From NCBI RefSeq assembly GCF_964204645.1, contig NC_134029.1, positions 930,001-994,000 on the forward strand: DNA of 64,000 bases, given 5' to 3'. The notes beneath the pieces were generated by a model. That model searched no databases. It was not told the DNA's origin and saw only the letters and a list, made by a program, of their open reading frames with translations. The DNA is from Tubulanus polymorphus. Taxonomy: Eukaryota; Animalia; Nemertea. Positions 24,874-38,100 of the stretch are shown here, in pieces (within the stretch, counting starts at the first letter, position 1; each line of letters starts with the position of its first letter). A program made the position numbers and the translations under genes.

Positions 24874-25797
24874 ATGAATTCTACTCAGATGCATGTTGGC
24901 CGCGCCTACCACAGTTATATCGTGATCAGATCTGTAGATAACAAATCTTATGGCTACCGCAAGGTTTATATCGTCACTTTGTTGCTTTTATTTCTGTCGG
25001 GTGGTTTTGGAAATGTAGCTAGTTTCCTGATAATGATAAGTCGCAGATTCCGCAGTTTATCTTACGCTAACTATCTGATCGCTTTGTCTATCAGTGATTT
25101 TGTGGTTTGTATTGGTTTTGCACTGATGCCTATTATACAGTTTGTTCTCTTGCACTTATACACGAGTCCAATATTCGTGATAAATTCACTAATAGGTTGC
25201 AAAACTTATGAATTAATAATGGGAGTTATTTGTGCCATTAGTTCGTGGTTGATAGTAGCGATATCTCTAGAACGTGCGGCAGTTGTTCTCTTCCCGTTCA
25301 CATCTCGTTTGATATGTACACCTAGATTCGCCCGTTGCACCATTGGGATTATTTGTTTGAAGAATCTATTGGTAATAGGGATCCCACGACTGATAACTTT
25401 GTCTTTTTCTCATCCATATTTTGGGTGTTACTATGAATTATCAGACCAGGTTGTATTCTTTACCGTCGTCATTCATAATTACATCTTACCCTTATCCTTG
25501 ATAATAACATCAAATCTTATTATTATAATTCAGTTATTCATAGGTCCAAAAATAGTTTCGTCCGATCGGAAAACTACAAAATCAAAACGTACGACAATAA
25601 TGCTTGTAACAGTTTCACTCGCATTTGCAATGTTCACACTTCCAACTTCCGTAACACCTTTCTTAGAAACTTCCATGAGGAAAATCCTATTTGACGTCAC
25701 CACTCCACTTCAACTCTGTAATTACGTGATTAACTTTTACATATATCTTTTACTGGGGCGAGAAATTCGTGAATATTTCTGTATGAAAATCCGCTGA
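24874..25797 (+). CDS. Intronless class A GPCR, copy 6
   Basis: The MNSTQ start matches the paralogues (an upstream in-frame ATG at 24859 is also possible). Full 7TM motif set, TGA at 25795-25797. Confidence 0.9.
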   Translation: MNSTQMHVGRAYHSYIVIRSVDNKSYGYRKVYIVTLLLLFLSGGFGNVASFLIMISRRFRSLSYANYLIALSISDFVVCIGFALMPIIQFVLLHLYTSPIFVINSLIGCKTYELIMGVICAISSWLIVAISLERAAVVLFPFTSRLICTPRFARCTIGIICLKNLLVIGIPRLITLSFSHPYFGCYYELSDQVVFFTVVIHNYILPLSLIITSNLIIIIQLFIGPKIVSSDRKTTKSKRTTIMLVTVSLAFAMFTLPTSVTPFLETSMRKILFDVTTPLQLCNYVINFYIYLLLGREIREYFCMKIR

Positions 25798-26104
25798 AGA
25801 AATTCAGTAAAATAATCATACGTAGTAAGTTTGATTATAATCATGGCTCGAGAACTGGTTCCAGAAACTTCGGTCAATAATCTATTCTCACTCGCTGTTG
25901 TGCGAATACTACAGAAATAAGACAAAAACCCCACACAAACATCACAAAACCCAAAACAGCAAACTTAAAATGTAAGATTTGAGAACATGGTGCAAGCCCT
26001 GTGATACTGAACTCTCCGCTAATCGCTCCTGGATAATTAACTGGTATAATGCGTATGGAGTGTTAGCTAAAGGACGTAGAGAAGTTGCCCAACAATCACA
26101 CTCA

Positions 26105-26283
26105 TTTATTGGTCCTTTTGGAAATTGGGCTACTTTCCTAATAATGATAAGTCGTTAATTCTACAGTTTATCATACGCTAACTATCTGAACGTTTTGTCT
26201 ATCAGTGATTTAGCTGTTTTCGTCAATTTTACAGACTTATGCCTGTTATAAGGTCTGTTCGCTTGCAACTAAACATTGAACCC
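26105..26283 (+). pseudogene. GPCR pseudogene fragment (end of TM1 to ECL1), with stop and frameshift
   Basis: Close copy of 23810-23990 with an in-frame TAA (AGTCGTTAA) and an indel. It ends at the same homologous position (AAACATTG[G/A]ACCC). Confidence 0.85.
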
Positions 26284-26772
26284 ATGCACTAAACTTGTAG
26301 ATATTAAAAGAAAGTTTTTACTACTATATTTCACAAACCCAACCTGAGATGTTCTCCTGCTCGTCTCAAAAACTGGGCCGCCGAGAAAACATCAGACACT
26401 GGGGAAGTGACTAATGTTAGTCTGATTAACCCACTGAAATATATACGTTTTTCCCTCCACTTTATGTTTGTCGCTTATTTATTCGCACTATTGCTTCAAA
26501 GATTGTTTTCCCGCTCATCCGGTGTTTCACAGGGCCCGGTTTTTCGAGTTCTGGTTTCAGACATCATCCTCGGAGTCCGTAACCGGGATTTGAATATCAA
26601 AATCCTCGTCCGGGTTTTATTGACGCCGTAATCAGTCAATTCAATTAAGTTTATTGCATTCACGTGTTTAAAGCTCGACCTGATATTAAAACTTTAATTG
26701 TAAGTAGATCGTCAAATGTCTCCATAAATTTACCCTCAATTCTCTTATTCCATCATCAGAGTATCCCACTTC

Positions 26773-27001
26773 GGTAAAAGTGCAGATCCGCACCTCTCGT
26801 GATTGACGCAATCTGCTGATGAATGCCACTGCCAGAATCCTGGCTAAAATATTTCTACTACTTACTTTCTAGTGAAGATATCTTAAAATTAACCAATGGC
26901 AATGTACTGAATTGCTGATGACATTCTGAATCTGAAACAATGATATTTAACGTAATTGATTGAACCAGTTACGCGGAGAGGTGCGGATCTGCACTTTTAC
27001 C
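26773..27001. mobile_element. 229-bp MITE with perfect 26-bp TIRs and an 8-bp TSD (Merlin-like)
   Basis: TIR GGTAAAAGTGCAGATCCGCACCTCTC at both ends. CCCACTTC is duplicated at 26765-26772 and 27002-27009. Confidence 0.88.
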
Positions 27002-27499
27002 CCCACTTCAAACATAAACCCAAGCCGAAAGGGCTTATTCCTTCAAGCAGAGGAGAAGTAGTCTGTTCCCAAAAAAAATCCTACATACAATACACAAGGT
27101 AATCATTGCCTCCTCTGATTCCACGCTACTAAGTTAGCAGCACCCTGCTCACCCTTGTCTGGTCCTAGTCCCCCAGCCGTTGTTCCCTAATAGTGGACAA
27201 TTTGGGTAGGGGAACCTGGGCGTAGACTGGAGTATCAAAGTTATTCTCTTCTAGGCCAGGGGTAAATCCTCAATCTAGGTGACAACCACCATAGACTCAT
27301 AGTTACAATGAGAAACCATGTTTTAAAATGTTCCCAGGGACTATTTTTCTTCCACATCTATGAAACCCAGCCCTGGTATTCAGACTATACCCTTGTCGTT
27401 GCTGTGGCCTTATCAGCCGGATGATCAATTTTAGAGGATGATGAAATTTAGCTATTTTCATGTTATTATTTATTAGGCAGGTGTCAATGTGTGTGTAAG

Positions 27500-29974
27500 A
27501 TGCAGGTGTCGAATCCTAACGATGTAAAGATCTATAACCTGAGCGCGGGTAAGAGTCTCCCCGAGTGGTTATCAGATCGCAAAAAACGACAACTTCAGAA
27601 AAAAGACGTCGATATCCGACGACGCGTGACGTTGATGCAAGATTTCGAGATGCCGACCGTTAGTAACTGTATGCGTTTATCACGAGACGGTAAATATCTC
27701 TACACGAGCGGCGTTTATAAACCGAGAATCCGTTGCTATGACGTCGCGGAGATGTCGATGAAATTCGAACGTTGCGTCGATTCCGAAGTCGTTAAAATGC
27801 ATTTATTATCGGACGATTATTCGAAACTGATTTTACTGCAGAGCGATCGATATCTCGAATTCCACGCTCAATTCGGCCGATATTATCGCACGCGAGTTCC
27901 GAAGTTCGGTCGAGATATCGCGTATCTGGAATCGACGTGCGAGGTCTACGTAGTCGGAGTCAGTCCCGAGATTTATCGAATGAATCTCGAACAGGGCCGG
28001 TTTATGAATTCCATCAAAACCGAAGCAAAGGAAATCAATTGTTGCGAGTTTAATCCGGATCATTATTTATTCTCGTGCGGTACGTCGGAAGGTAAAGTGG
28101 AATGTTGGGATCCGCGTGACCGGACTCGAGCCGGGATTCTCGATTGCGCCGAAGCGGTCGCCGCGATGGATGAAGATATAAAACACGTCCCGGCGATTAA
28201 ATCGTTAAAATATCGCGACGCGTTGAATTTCGCGGTCGGAACCGACACCGGTCAAATCTTACTCTACGATATCCGCTCGTCTAAACCACTCGTTACTAAA
28301 GATCACATGTACGGTCTACCAATCAAATCGCTGGAATTCCACCGAGCGGGTGGCCTTGACCTCGTCATGTCGATGGATAAAAAGATTTTGAAATTATGGT
28401 CGCGTCAAACGGGAAAAGCGTTCACGTCGATCGAACCCGGAACCGATTTAAACGATTTATGCGTTTGCGACGAGACCGGTTTATTCTTCATGGCGAACGA
28501 AGCGCCGAAGATGTTGGCGTATTTCGTTCCGGCTCTCGGCCCGGCGCCGAAATGGTGCGCGTTCCTCGATAACCTCACCGAGGAGTTAGAAGAGAGCAAT
28601 CTACCGACGGTTTACGACGATTATAAATTCGTTACTCGTAAAGAATTAGACGAACTCGGTTTAACTCATTTGATCGGATCGAATCTACTGAGAGCGTACA
28701 TGCACGGTTATTTCCTCGATATGAGACTGTATCATAAAGCGAAGTCGATCGTCGAACCGTTCGCTTATGACGATTACAGAAAACAGAAAATCAGAGAGAA
28801 AATTGATAAACAGCGCTCGAACCGGGTTATCGTCAAGAAACTTCCGAAGGTACGTTCAGATAAACGAGTACTGCTTACATCCCTCACTCAGGGAGTCAGT
28901 TACATCTTAGATTTAATAAGGCCAGCGAGCTCACTTTGGTTCTATATCCGACTGACCCATCTTTAGATGTAAGACCATTTTAGAACTTGAGTCAAGAACA
29001 TGTCCATGATTATGACTAATATTCCTGAAAACAATATACACTGTTCAAGTCCGACCTTCTTGGACCGTGAAAGTTTTTCCCAACCAAGAGTTAAGCAGTT
29101 ACCAGACACCTCTGAGTTAAACACTTATCTCCTAGAGTTGTTCAGATCGGACCTTAGACGAGTCGACTGTTAATAGTTGCGATGGTTCTAGTTGTCGCTA
29201 AAAGTGAGTTTTGTATTTTATATTTTGCAGGTAAATAAAGCTCTAGCCGCAAAACTATTGGTCGAAGAACAAGACGTACCGCAAACTAAGAAACAGAAGA
29301 AACAGGCGCAAGCAGCGAGTAATTTACTGAAAGATTCTCGATTCACGGCGATGTTTGAGAATCCGGATTTCGAGGTGGACACGGAGAGCGCCGAATATAA
29401 ACTACTGAATCCCGTCGTTTCAAAAATAGACAAACAAAAACAGAAGAAACAACAGCAGGCGATATTAGCGGCTCAGTTCGAAGAGGTAGAGGAGGGTGAG
29501 GAGGATGGACGAGCGAGTAGCGACGAGGAAAGTAGCTCCGACGACGATCAGGAATTACGACGCGAATTCCGTAAACAACATCGTCTCGTTCGAGAACAAC
29601 AATACCTAGAGCGTCGTCGCGGTAACCGCAGCGCCGATACGGACGCGGGAACGAAGGTTAAATTCATGGAACTGAAATCGTCGTCGGACGTCGCCAGTTT
29701 AAATAAAAACTCGACCGCGTCGAAAGTTGATCGGAAATCGAAATCAAGTTTCGCCGATCGATTGAAGAGTTTAGACGACGGAACCGGAGTTCGTAAATCG
29801 ATCACCGGCGGACACGAGATGACCTTCACCTTGAGAAAATCGGATAAAGAGCAAAAATGGCGCGAGAAGAATCACGCGCACCACGTTGAGAGACGCAAGA
29901 TACGCCGATCAGCCGGAGATTTACCCTCTAAAAAACCAACTAATAAATACTGGATGGGGAAAAGGGTCACTTGA
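27500..29974 (+). CDS. NOL10: Nucleolar protein 10 (Enp2 orthologue; WD40 + NUC153)
   Basis: Exons 27500-28849 and 29231-29974 (phase-0 GT-AG intron), 697 aa. Diagnostic MQVSNPNDVKIYNLSAGKSLPEWLSDRKKR, LGPAPKWCAFLDNLTEELEE, LRAYMHGYF and DSRFTAMFENPDFEVD. AATAAA at 29985. Confidence 0.96.
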
Positions 29975-32159
29975 ATATCAATGAAATAAATCAATATTCT
30001 ATGTATTCATTCAATAGTTATTCATTCAATCTGGAGCAGTTTTAATTCAGGTGGCAGCACTAGAGGAGGTTCACTGTCTGGATGCCCGGCAGCAGGACTC
30101 AGTTACACTTCTACGGTTCGTCCATAGGTGTTACAGTTCGAAATGATAAACTCTAAGGGTTTGAATCCACGGGGCAGCACTTGAAGTTTCTTCAACAGCA
30201 ATGAAAAGACAACTAAAATCAATATTCTTGAATTCATACGAAGCATTCTCTTCTTGATAAAACCAATACAAATAAATTTGCATAATAAAGAAATGCACAG
30301 TTTACAATGATTTTATCAATGAATAACTACACAATACAATACGAGATATTGACACTTATAATATACACAAATATTGCATCATCATCACAAAGTTTCACAA
30401 CGCGCCATGGAAACAATTCTCCGGCTGGTCAGTGGGCCATTACGACATTATGAGAGTTATGGTTTCAGTAGACAACTGTCTAATGCAATTGAAGATAAAC
30501 TACCAGAGAATTAGACTCAAATCTTTTTGAAACATTTTCTAAAATTTTGTAGTTTTTTCTACGTGTCGTGGGAGTTATCTTTTTATTTATTAGATGGCGC
30601 TCGGGCATTAAATGTCGAACATCAGTAATAGATGGCACAGTGTAGCCAGGCACCTCTTAAACTCAAATGTTTATAAATGCAACGATTAATAAAATGCACT
30701 CAGTTCAGTTTGGAAGAGGTATCAATTTTTTTGCGTAATGAAAAGCTATAGATATTTCAGTTGTAAATACTCTCGCTGAATCTCTGAATTATTCATAAAT
30801 CTATTAATTTTTGGGGGCAAAATCTATTCTAGGAATTTTGATCTCGGAGTACAAAAACATAACTAATTAAATAATCATTAATTACACTTAGCTATCTATA
30901 ACTAATTAATTATCATACAAGCATTTTATATATATGTTTACCATTTACACAACTACGAATAAAAATTTCTAGTGAATATAGATTGAATTATTGATGAATA
31001 CATGAAGCATTTATAAAAACATTTAATACATTTAGAGAAAAAGATACAGTTTTTTTGAGGCCGTTTATAAAGTAGAGTTCGCAATTAGTTCGCTTGTACC
31101 TTGTATTTAAAGCATTATGTACATGGGGGAAAAAGTGGAATTTTTTGTCTCCTGCTGCGTAGATGTGTATGTACTTAATAAACGGCCCCTTTTTTGGTTG
31201 ATATTTGGTTTTGTTTCATGTTCTAGGTTTATATATATATTGCTACTTAAAAAATAGTACTACTACATGTACTTCTACTGTACACAGGTGAATTACAGGT
31301 TACAGTCTCAAAAACAGTTTTCTATTCATTCTGAACTTGCTGATAACGAATAAAAACCCACAGTAGATTCGTAGAAACAGTTTATTTCCTAACAGTTTAT
31401 AGGTTAAAACTAAACCTCACCTTCACTATTTTTTTTAAAATTAACCTCGAAACTGTAAGGAAATAAACTGTTTCCACAAAAATCTTTTTTATTCGTTAAC
31501 TTTACTGAGATTTATATCAGTTCACTACAGTCTTGCTGATAATGGTTTCTTATTTTCGTTGTCACTTCGTATTGATATCGGTTTAAGTAGATATTGACTA
31601 GATACGGTACCGCGATCAGCGGTGATGACGCGCGGTACTAGAATCCTATATCATTGTTTTCGTTTAAGCGAGTTATAGCTGCTCAGAATGTACCTTAAAT
31701 ATTCCATACATCGCGTAATACTGAAACAACACGTTACTCTCTATCGAAGGCACAGCATCAACAATTTACCACTAAAATCACTACAACTACCGATTCACTA
31801 TTCAAAGCCACTTTTACCTAATTATTGAGCAGATGTTTGTATTAAATCGAATTCTTCTATTGATGCCGAATCGATCTTAATAATTAATTACATATACATG
31901 TAGTCAGTCTCTACTGCTTCATCAATGCAAGTACCAAAATAATCTGCAACCTGGATACTGCATCCCTTCGCTCAGCCTGGACCCGTACTTTTCAGAGGGG
32001 GGTTGGCACAAGGCTGTAGAGGGTAGTTCTAGGCTATAGAAGGTGGAGTGATTCCAGGCTGAAAGGAAGGGTGGCTCCAGGCTGAAGTAGTTTGCTCCAA
32101 GCTGCAATATTTTTGATACTCCCCTACCCTCCACTCGCTGGTGTTTTAGAGTGGCTGGT

Positions 32160-35100
32160 TTATTTTTTCTTGCCCTTGCCACCGATAGTAGCCGATAGAG
32201 TTGATGATTGCTGTTGAGCTGCCAGCGTTGCTGCTTGTTTTTTCTTGTTAAACAGATTAATCTCTTCCTCCATGAATTTACGTTTGTCTTCGATACGTTT
32301 TTTCTCCTCCGCGTGCTGTTTCTTCAGAGCATCAAATTTCAAATGTAACTGTTTGAGAATAAACGACAAAATGTCAAGTTATAGTCCTTTAACCGGGAAA
32401 ACTGGAATGGAACCAGACGGTATCAGACCCCCTTCATCCTACTCTAATATTACAGGTCCCTATAGATCAATCATTCCGGGATGTTTGAAAGGAGAAAATT
32501 TCTAATTGAGGAAGCATCTGCATCACTTTCATATCCCAATTACAGTAGACTCCTCCTAAATCGGTACTGTTTATCTCGGTAAACCGTTTATTTGGTGGTT
32601 TTGTAAGCAAATTTCTATCATCCACACTAAGTAAACTTGGTTTCTAATTTGGTAAACGGCGAAGGAGTCTTAAAACCGTGTTTTAACTCACATCTTTCTC
32701 TGAATCTTTCAATTCGGTTTCTTTTTCTTTCACCCGAACTACGAACATTTGTCTCATTTCTTCCTCGCGTTTTTGGAGCTGCGCTAAATGTTCCTGACGT
32801 TTCTGTTCGTAAGTTTCTTGAAGGCTGAAATAAATAATACAACAATCACGTCCACAGTTTCATCACCGATTGATTCAAATGTCAAAACATCGTCAAATGT
32901 TAAAATGAAAACATCGAAAATAGTGTCAAATGTTAATCGATAATGCAAAAATTCACAATATAGATTATGAAAGGTTATCTAAAATGAAGTTGTCCAAAAA
33001 TTACAACTTTAACTATTGGTTTAATTTCGATTAGAACAAATATTAATCAAAACTGATCAGTTTTTTTTTAACTGCAAGTTAGTGAAATCAGATTTGAAAC
33101 TCTTACTGTCGACTAGTGTCAATTACTGCTGATTGAATTGATTTTATAAATCTAACATCATCGATGTTACTGTAAGTAGTAAAATTTTCAAACCAAAATT
33201 TTATTTTAAACAGAAAGACACAATAAAATTTGTCTTGGAATAATTTTTTGACATTAAGTCCTTAATCAGCACTTTTAAGATTTTATCTGAAAAGTAACCA
33301 ACAATCGGGACCTATCCCAAATTTTTCCAATAGCACTTTTCAGACTTTATCAGACTCGCTACAAGCCCCGTGTGATGATTGAAATATCGTCGTACCTAGA
33401 TCCATCATTATCAGCGAATCCCATCGATATTAAGCGGTTTTTCCGGTATAATTCGTAGTGTTTCGAATGAGTTTTCTCGCGTAAATCTTCCATATTCGTG
33501 CGTAACAACATCTCGCGTAGTTTTATAAAATCGCAATGATTTTCATTCTCGACTGAAAAAATATTTTTTAGAAAATTGTTTTTAGAAATTTTGAACAGAA
33601 AAAACGACCGACGCAACAATGCAAACGGTTACGAATTTACCTTGTACGGTTCCCCACGGATACTGCCGCGCTTTCACCATCTTATTACCGACTTTAATCT
33701 CATCCATGCTTCCGACACAGGCGAACGGGACGTGACTCTATAATCATACCAGACACAAATATGAACTATTATACTGATGTACTCTACATAAGAATTCTCT
33801 TTACATCAAACGTAATGTCTAGAATATTAAATATAAGACTGCGATATTTCATAATTTTTGGTCATCATCTAAGGCACTTATCGTGGTAAGATTTGAATAC
33901 ATTTTTCGCAGTTTTATTTATACCTTTAACACTAGGGTGGAATTTTTAGTATTGATTAGTCAGCACTGAAAGGGTTAAATTTTTACTGAGTGTTCGACAT
34001 TCTGATTTAATCTCAGTGATGAAGATAATGAATAATCCTACAACGATGACATTCAAAAGTTTCTCATTTGACATTCGTTCTTCATTTCAGGGATTTATCT
34101 AAATCCCATCTTCAGATAAATATCATCAACAACATTGCGGTATTTCTATTTAAACATGAAATGTAACTTACATTCATTTGTGCATTGATTTCCGCCACTG
34201 TTTCGTCATCAGTAGGGAATGAATAGATCTGAACTCCGTTGCTCACCAGTTCACTCATTATCTGTGAAACACATTTTATCACCATTAGATTCAGATTTGG
34301 TTTCTATTTAATTCGACTCTCGAGATTTGAAATTGTAAATACAGTAAACACAGCATACGACGATCAGTTTATATAAAATACACAGTGGATTTAACATTCT
34401 ATGATGTCGAACAAACCCAGATATATTGTGGAAGATTTGATAAAAAATTATTTCTCAAAAAATCAGAACCCAGCTCTTCAGTTCGGCTAGGTTTGTATTT
34501 AGAGTCTTGTTTTTCCTCTTTTCGTCAAATCTTAACAACTAACACAAGAACTGGATCCAAGTATCATAAATTGGATTTTTCCGATATTCTCATTCATTCA
34601 GTAGGATTTTAGAAGTTTCATTACTTTGGCTTTGAATTTCTGTAATTCAGTTTTAGTGATTGTATCAGCTTTAGCTACAACGGGAACGATGTTGACTTTA
34701 CTATCGAGTTTCTTCATAGTCACCAAATCAATAGCTTTCAACCTGAAATAAACCGCAATACAGAACTATTGAAACATAACCTACAAACTATCAATATTTG
34801 ATGTATGAAACAATCTGCGGCAGGCGAGTAAGCCGGCCAGCTGTCACTATCTACACAAAAATCATTCATACAATTACCATGAAAGCTTTTATTATTACAG
34901 TGTAACATCATTACATTGAACATCAGGGCACCAGAAAATCTGTTCGTTATAACCGATAGTTTGTTACATCAAGAAGATATGAAATGTTTAAAATTGTCCA
35001 ATTTGGGATGAAATTCTATGTTTGTAATAACCGAGCAATTGTTACATCATTAGTAATGAGGTTCCATTTTATCAGACTGAAGAGAAAGTGTGTATAGGGT

Positions 35101-38100
35101 GCCAGCAACTTATTCCTCATTGAGAATTCAAGAATTACAACTGATGTCATTACAACTGACTCTGTGGGTTATGAATGAAGCGGTAATACTTACGAATGTC
35201 CAGTCGGAGCTATGAAATATAAACACACATGAATTCTCGTGTCATGAAATGTGTGTAAAGCTCGTTTGATCTTTAATTCTTCTTGTAAAAACGCCTCGAA
35301 ATTCTTATCGATGTAATCAATAATCGCTTTATAACTGAAAACACAAACAATAGCAGAAAATATTTACTATAACATGATTTACATAATGAAATTAGAGGTT
35401 GATTTTCAGGAGCCAGTTTAACAGTGTCGGATTCAAATTCTAACACACAAACTGTGGAACTGGATTCAGAACTGTGGAACCAGATCCAGAACTGTGGGAC
35501 AGAGCCTAGAACTGTGGAACTGGATTCAGTGTGGAACCAGATCCAGAACTGTGGGACTGAGCTTAGAACTGTGGAACTGGATTCAGTGTGGAACCAGATC
35601 CAGAACTGTGGGACTGAGCTTAGAACTGTGGAACTGGATTCAGTGTGGAACCAGATCCAGAACTGTGGGACTGAGCTTAGAACTGTGGAACTGGATTCAG
35701 TGTGGAACCAGATCCAGAACTGTGGGACAGAGCCTAGAACTGTGGAACTGGATTCAGTGTGGAACCAGATCCAGAACTGTGGGACTGAGCTTAGAACTGT
35801 GGAACTGGATTCAGTGTGGAACCAGATCCAGAACTGTGGGACTGAGCTTAGAACTGTGGAACTGGATTCAGTGTGGAACCAGATCCAGAACTGTGGGACT
35901 GAGCTTAGAACTGTGGAACTGGATTCAGTGTGGAACCAGATTCAGAACTGTGGGACTGAGCTTAGAACTGTGGAACTGGATTCAGTGTGGAACCAGATTC
36001 AGAACTGTGGGACTGAGCTTAGAACTGTGGAACTGGATTCAGTGTGGAACCAGATCAAGAACTGTGGGACTGAGCCTAGAACTGTGGAACTGGATTCAGT
36101 GTGGAACCAGATCCAGAACTGTGGAACTGAGCCTAGAACTGTGGAAATGGATTGTGATTATAAATCGTACCTCTCCTCTTTATCAATCTGATCCCCGAAT
36201 CCAACTGTATCAACGCAGGTTAACTTTAATCTCACATTGCTCTCACGTAAATCTACAAATATTAGAAAACATATAAATAACAGATTGAAGGGGGTAGGGT
36301 AAGAGGGGGGAAGGGTAAGAGGGGGGAAGACGAAGGAGGTTAGGGTAAGAGGGGGAAGACGAAGGTTAGGGTAAGACGGGGTAAGACGAAGGAGGTTAGG
36401 GTAAGAGGGGGGAGATGAAGGAGGTTAGGGCAAGAAGGGGGAAGACGAAGGTTAGGGTAAGAGGGGGTAAGACGAAGGAGGTTAGGGTAAGATGAAGGAG
36501 GTTAGGGTAAGAGGAGGGAAGATGAAGGAGGTTAGGGTAAGAGGGGGTAAGATGAAGGTTAGGGTAAGAGGGGGGAAGACGAAGGTTAGGGTAAGAGGGG
36601 GTAAGATGATGTAAGTACCATATGTATGAGCTTTAAGTTTCACTCCTGGTAGATCATGAGAACACGCCCCTGAATCAAACTCTGTATTAAACAATGTATT
36701 CATTAACGTCGATTTGCCAATTCCTGTTTCACCTAAAAATAAAACAAACAAATATTATAAAATGGCTTCACACAACCATAATCATTGAAAGAAAATTAGC
36801 TTTAATTCACTCTAAATCATAGAGTCACACTTCACTTCGCACATAGGTCATCTTAGAGACTCAGATCCAAGCCATAACTGTGCAACTAGATCCAGGATAT
36901 CAACTCTTTACAACTGGATCCAGGATATCAACTCTTTACAACTGGATCCAGGATATCAACTCTTTACAGAGTTGAACTAAATTCTAAAACTTACCGACAC
37001 ACATGATGTTAAAACAGAATCCTTGAGATACGGATTTATTGACGAGCTGATCGGGAAGACTGTCGAATCCAACATGGCCGTTCAAATTCAACGGTCGCAC
37101 ATCTTGAGGTTTCGTCAGAGTAGCGTGCGGCGCCCTCTACAACGAGATAGCATTTCTATTCGCATTAAACTTAGTTGCAATAATGGTTTCCATAGACACG
37201 AGATGTTGTCAGAGTCATTGTCTACTTCAGTATTAGAGAAAAACCCAAAATTTAAAGAAATTTAGAAGTTTTTTCGAAACTGTTTAACAATTGAGTTGAA
37301 ACTTTAAAATAATTCTCAATAGTTTTTTTTGTTGTTTCGATTGTCGAGTTTTTCTCTCGATGTAGTTGGAATAAATCCAACGGCGCGAGACGATGCCTAA
37401 AGCAGAGGAGAGTATGAACAAGCAGTGAGAGATGCAGAGTATCACAGCCTGTCATTAGTAAACCACACGACTGAAGAGTTCACCAAATATCAGTCACTAG
37501 AGACCATTTGGTCGCAGCGATGTTTGAAATACTAATAGAATCAGGATATATATATATATATATGTATATTTTGCGATGTGGTTGTGAATCATTCGACATG
37601 CGACAGTTGGTTATCTAATATAAGCAGGTGTTTTACACACAGAACACGAGATCTTCATGTATTTAAATAATGAATCAATACAGTTTAACTCTATAGCGAG
37701 TACAGTCCTATACGCCTCGCTCAGATATACAGTCAATTCATTACTTTCTTTAGAATTGATGTTTATCACTCGACATTCCACATCCCCCCCCAACCTCTCA
37801 GTTATCAATAATGAATTCAGACTGCGGTATAATGATGAATGTTATGTTTTTATAGCAGGTATGGGATCCATCAGCAGAGAACTGTAAATATGTAACAGAT
37901 TTCTATATCGCGATCAATCATTAGTTTCTATGTGTAACTTAAATACTAAAATACTGCTGCTCATTAATTATGTATAAATATATGAAGGTTATTGATTGAT
38001 TGTTCACTTCAAATTGTATCGAAGTTTGTTAGTTCACCACACATACACCTAAATCAATAGTACAATGAGTAAAACACTGGTCACACTGAACACTGACTTC

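Noticed and set aside
28850-28966. ORF-track C-terminus of the 491-aa ORF
   Set aside because: Read-through into the NOL10 intron. Homology continues after AAG|GT at 29231.
16500-32160. Idea that the minus-strand exons at 17-23 kb are distal septin exons, nesting NOL10 in a septin intron
   Set aside because: The septin ends with a normal stop at 32160 and a long AT-rich 3' region. The 17-23 kb exons have their own ATG exon and no septin similarity.
35424-36276. 255-260 aa repetitive ORFs
   Set aside because: Translations of the 57-bp intronic satellite, antisense to the septin.
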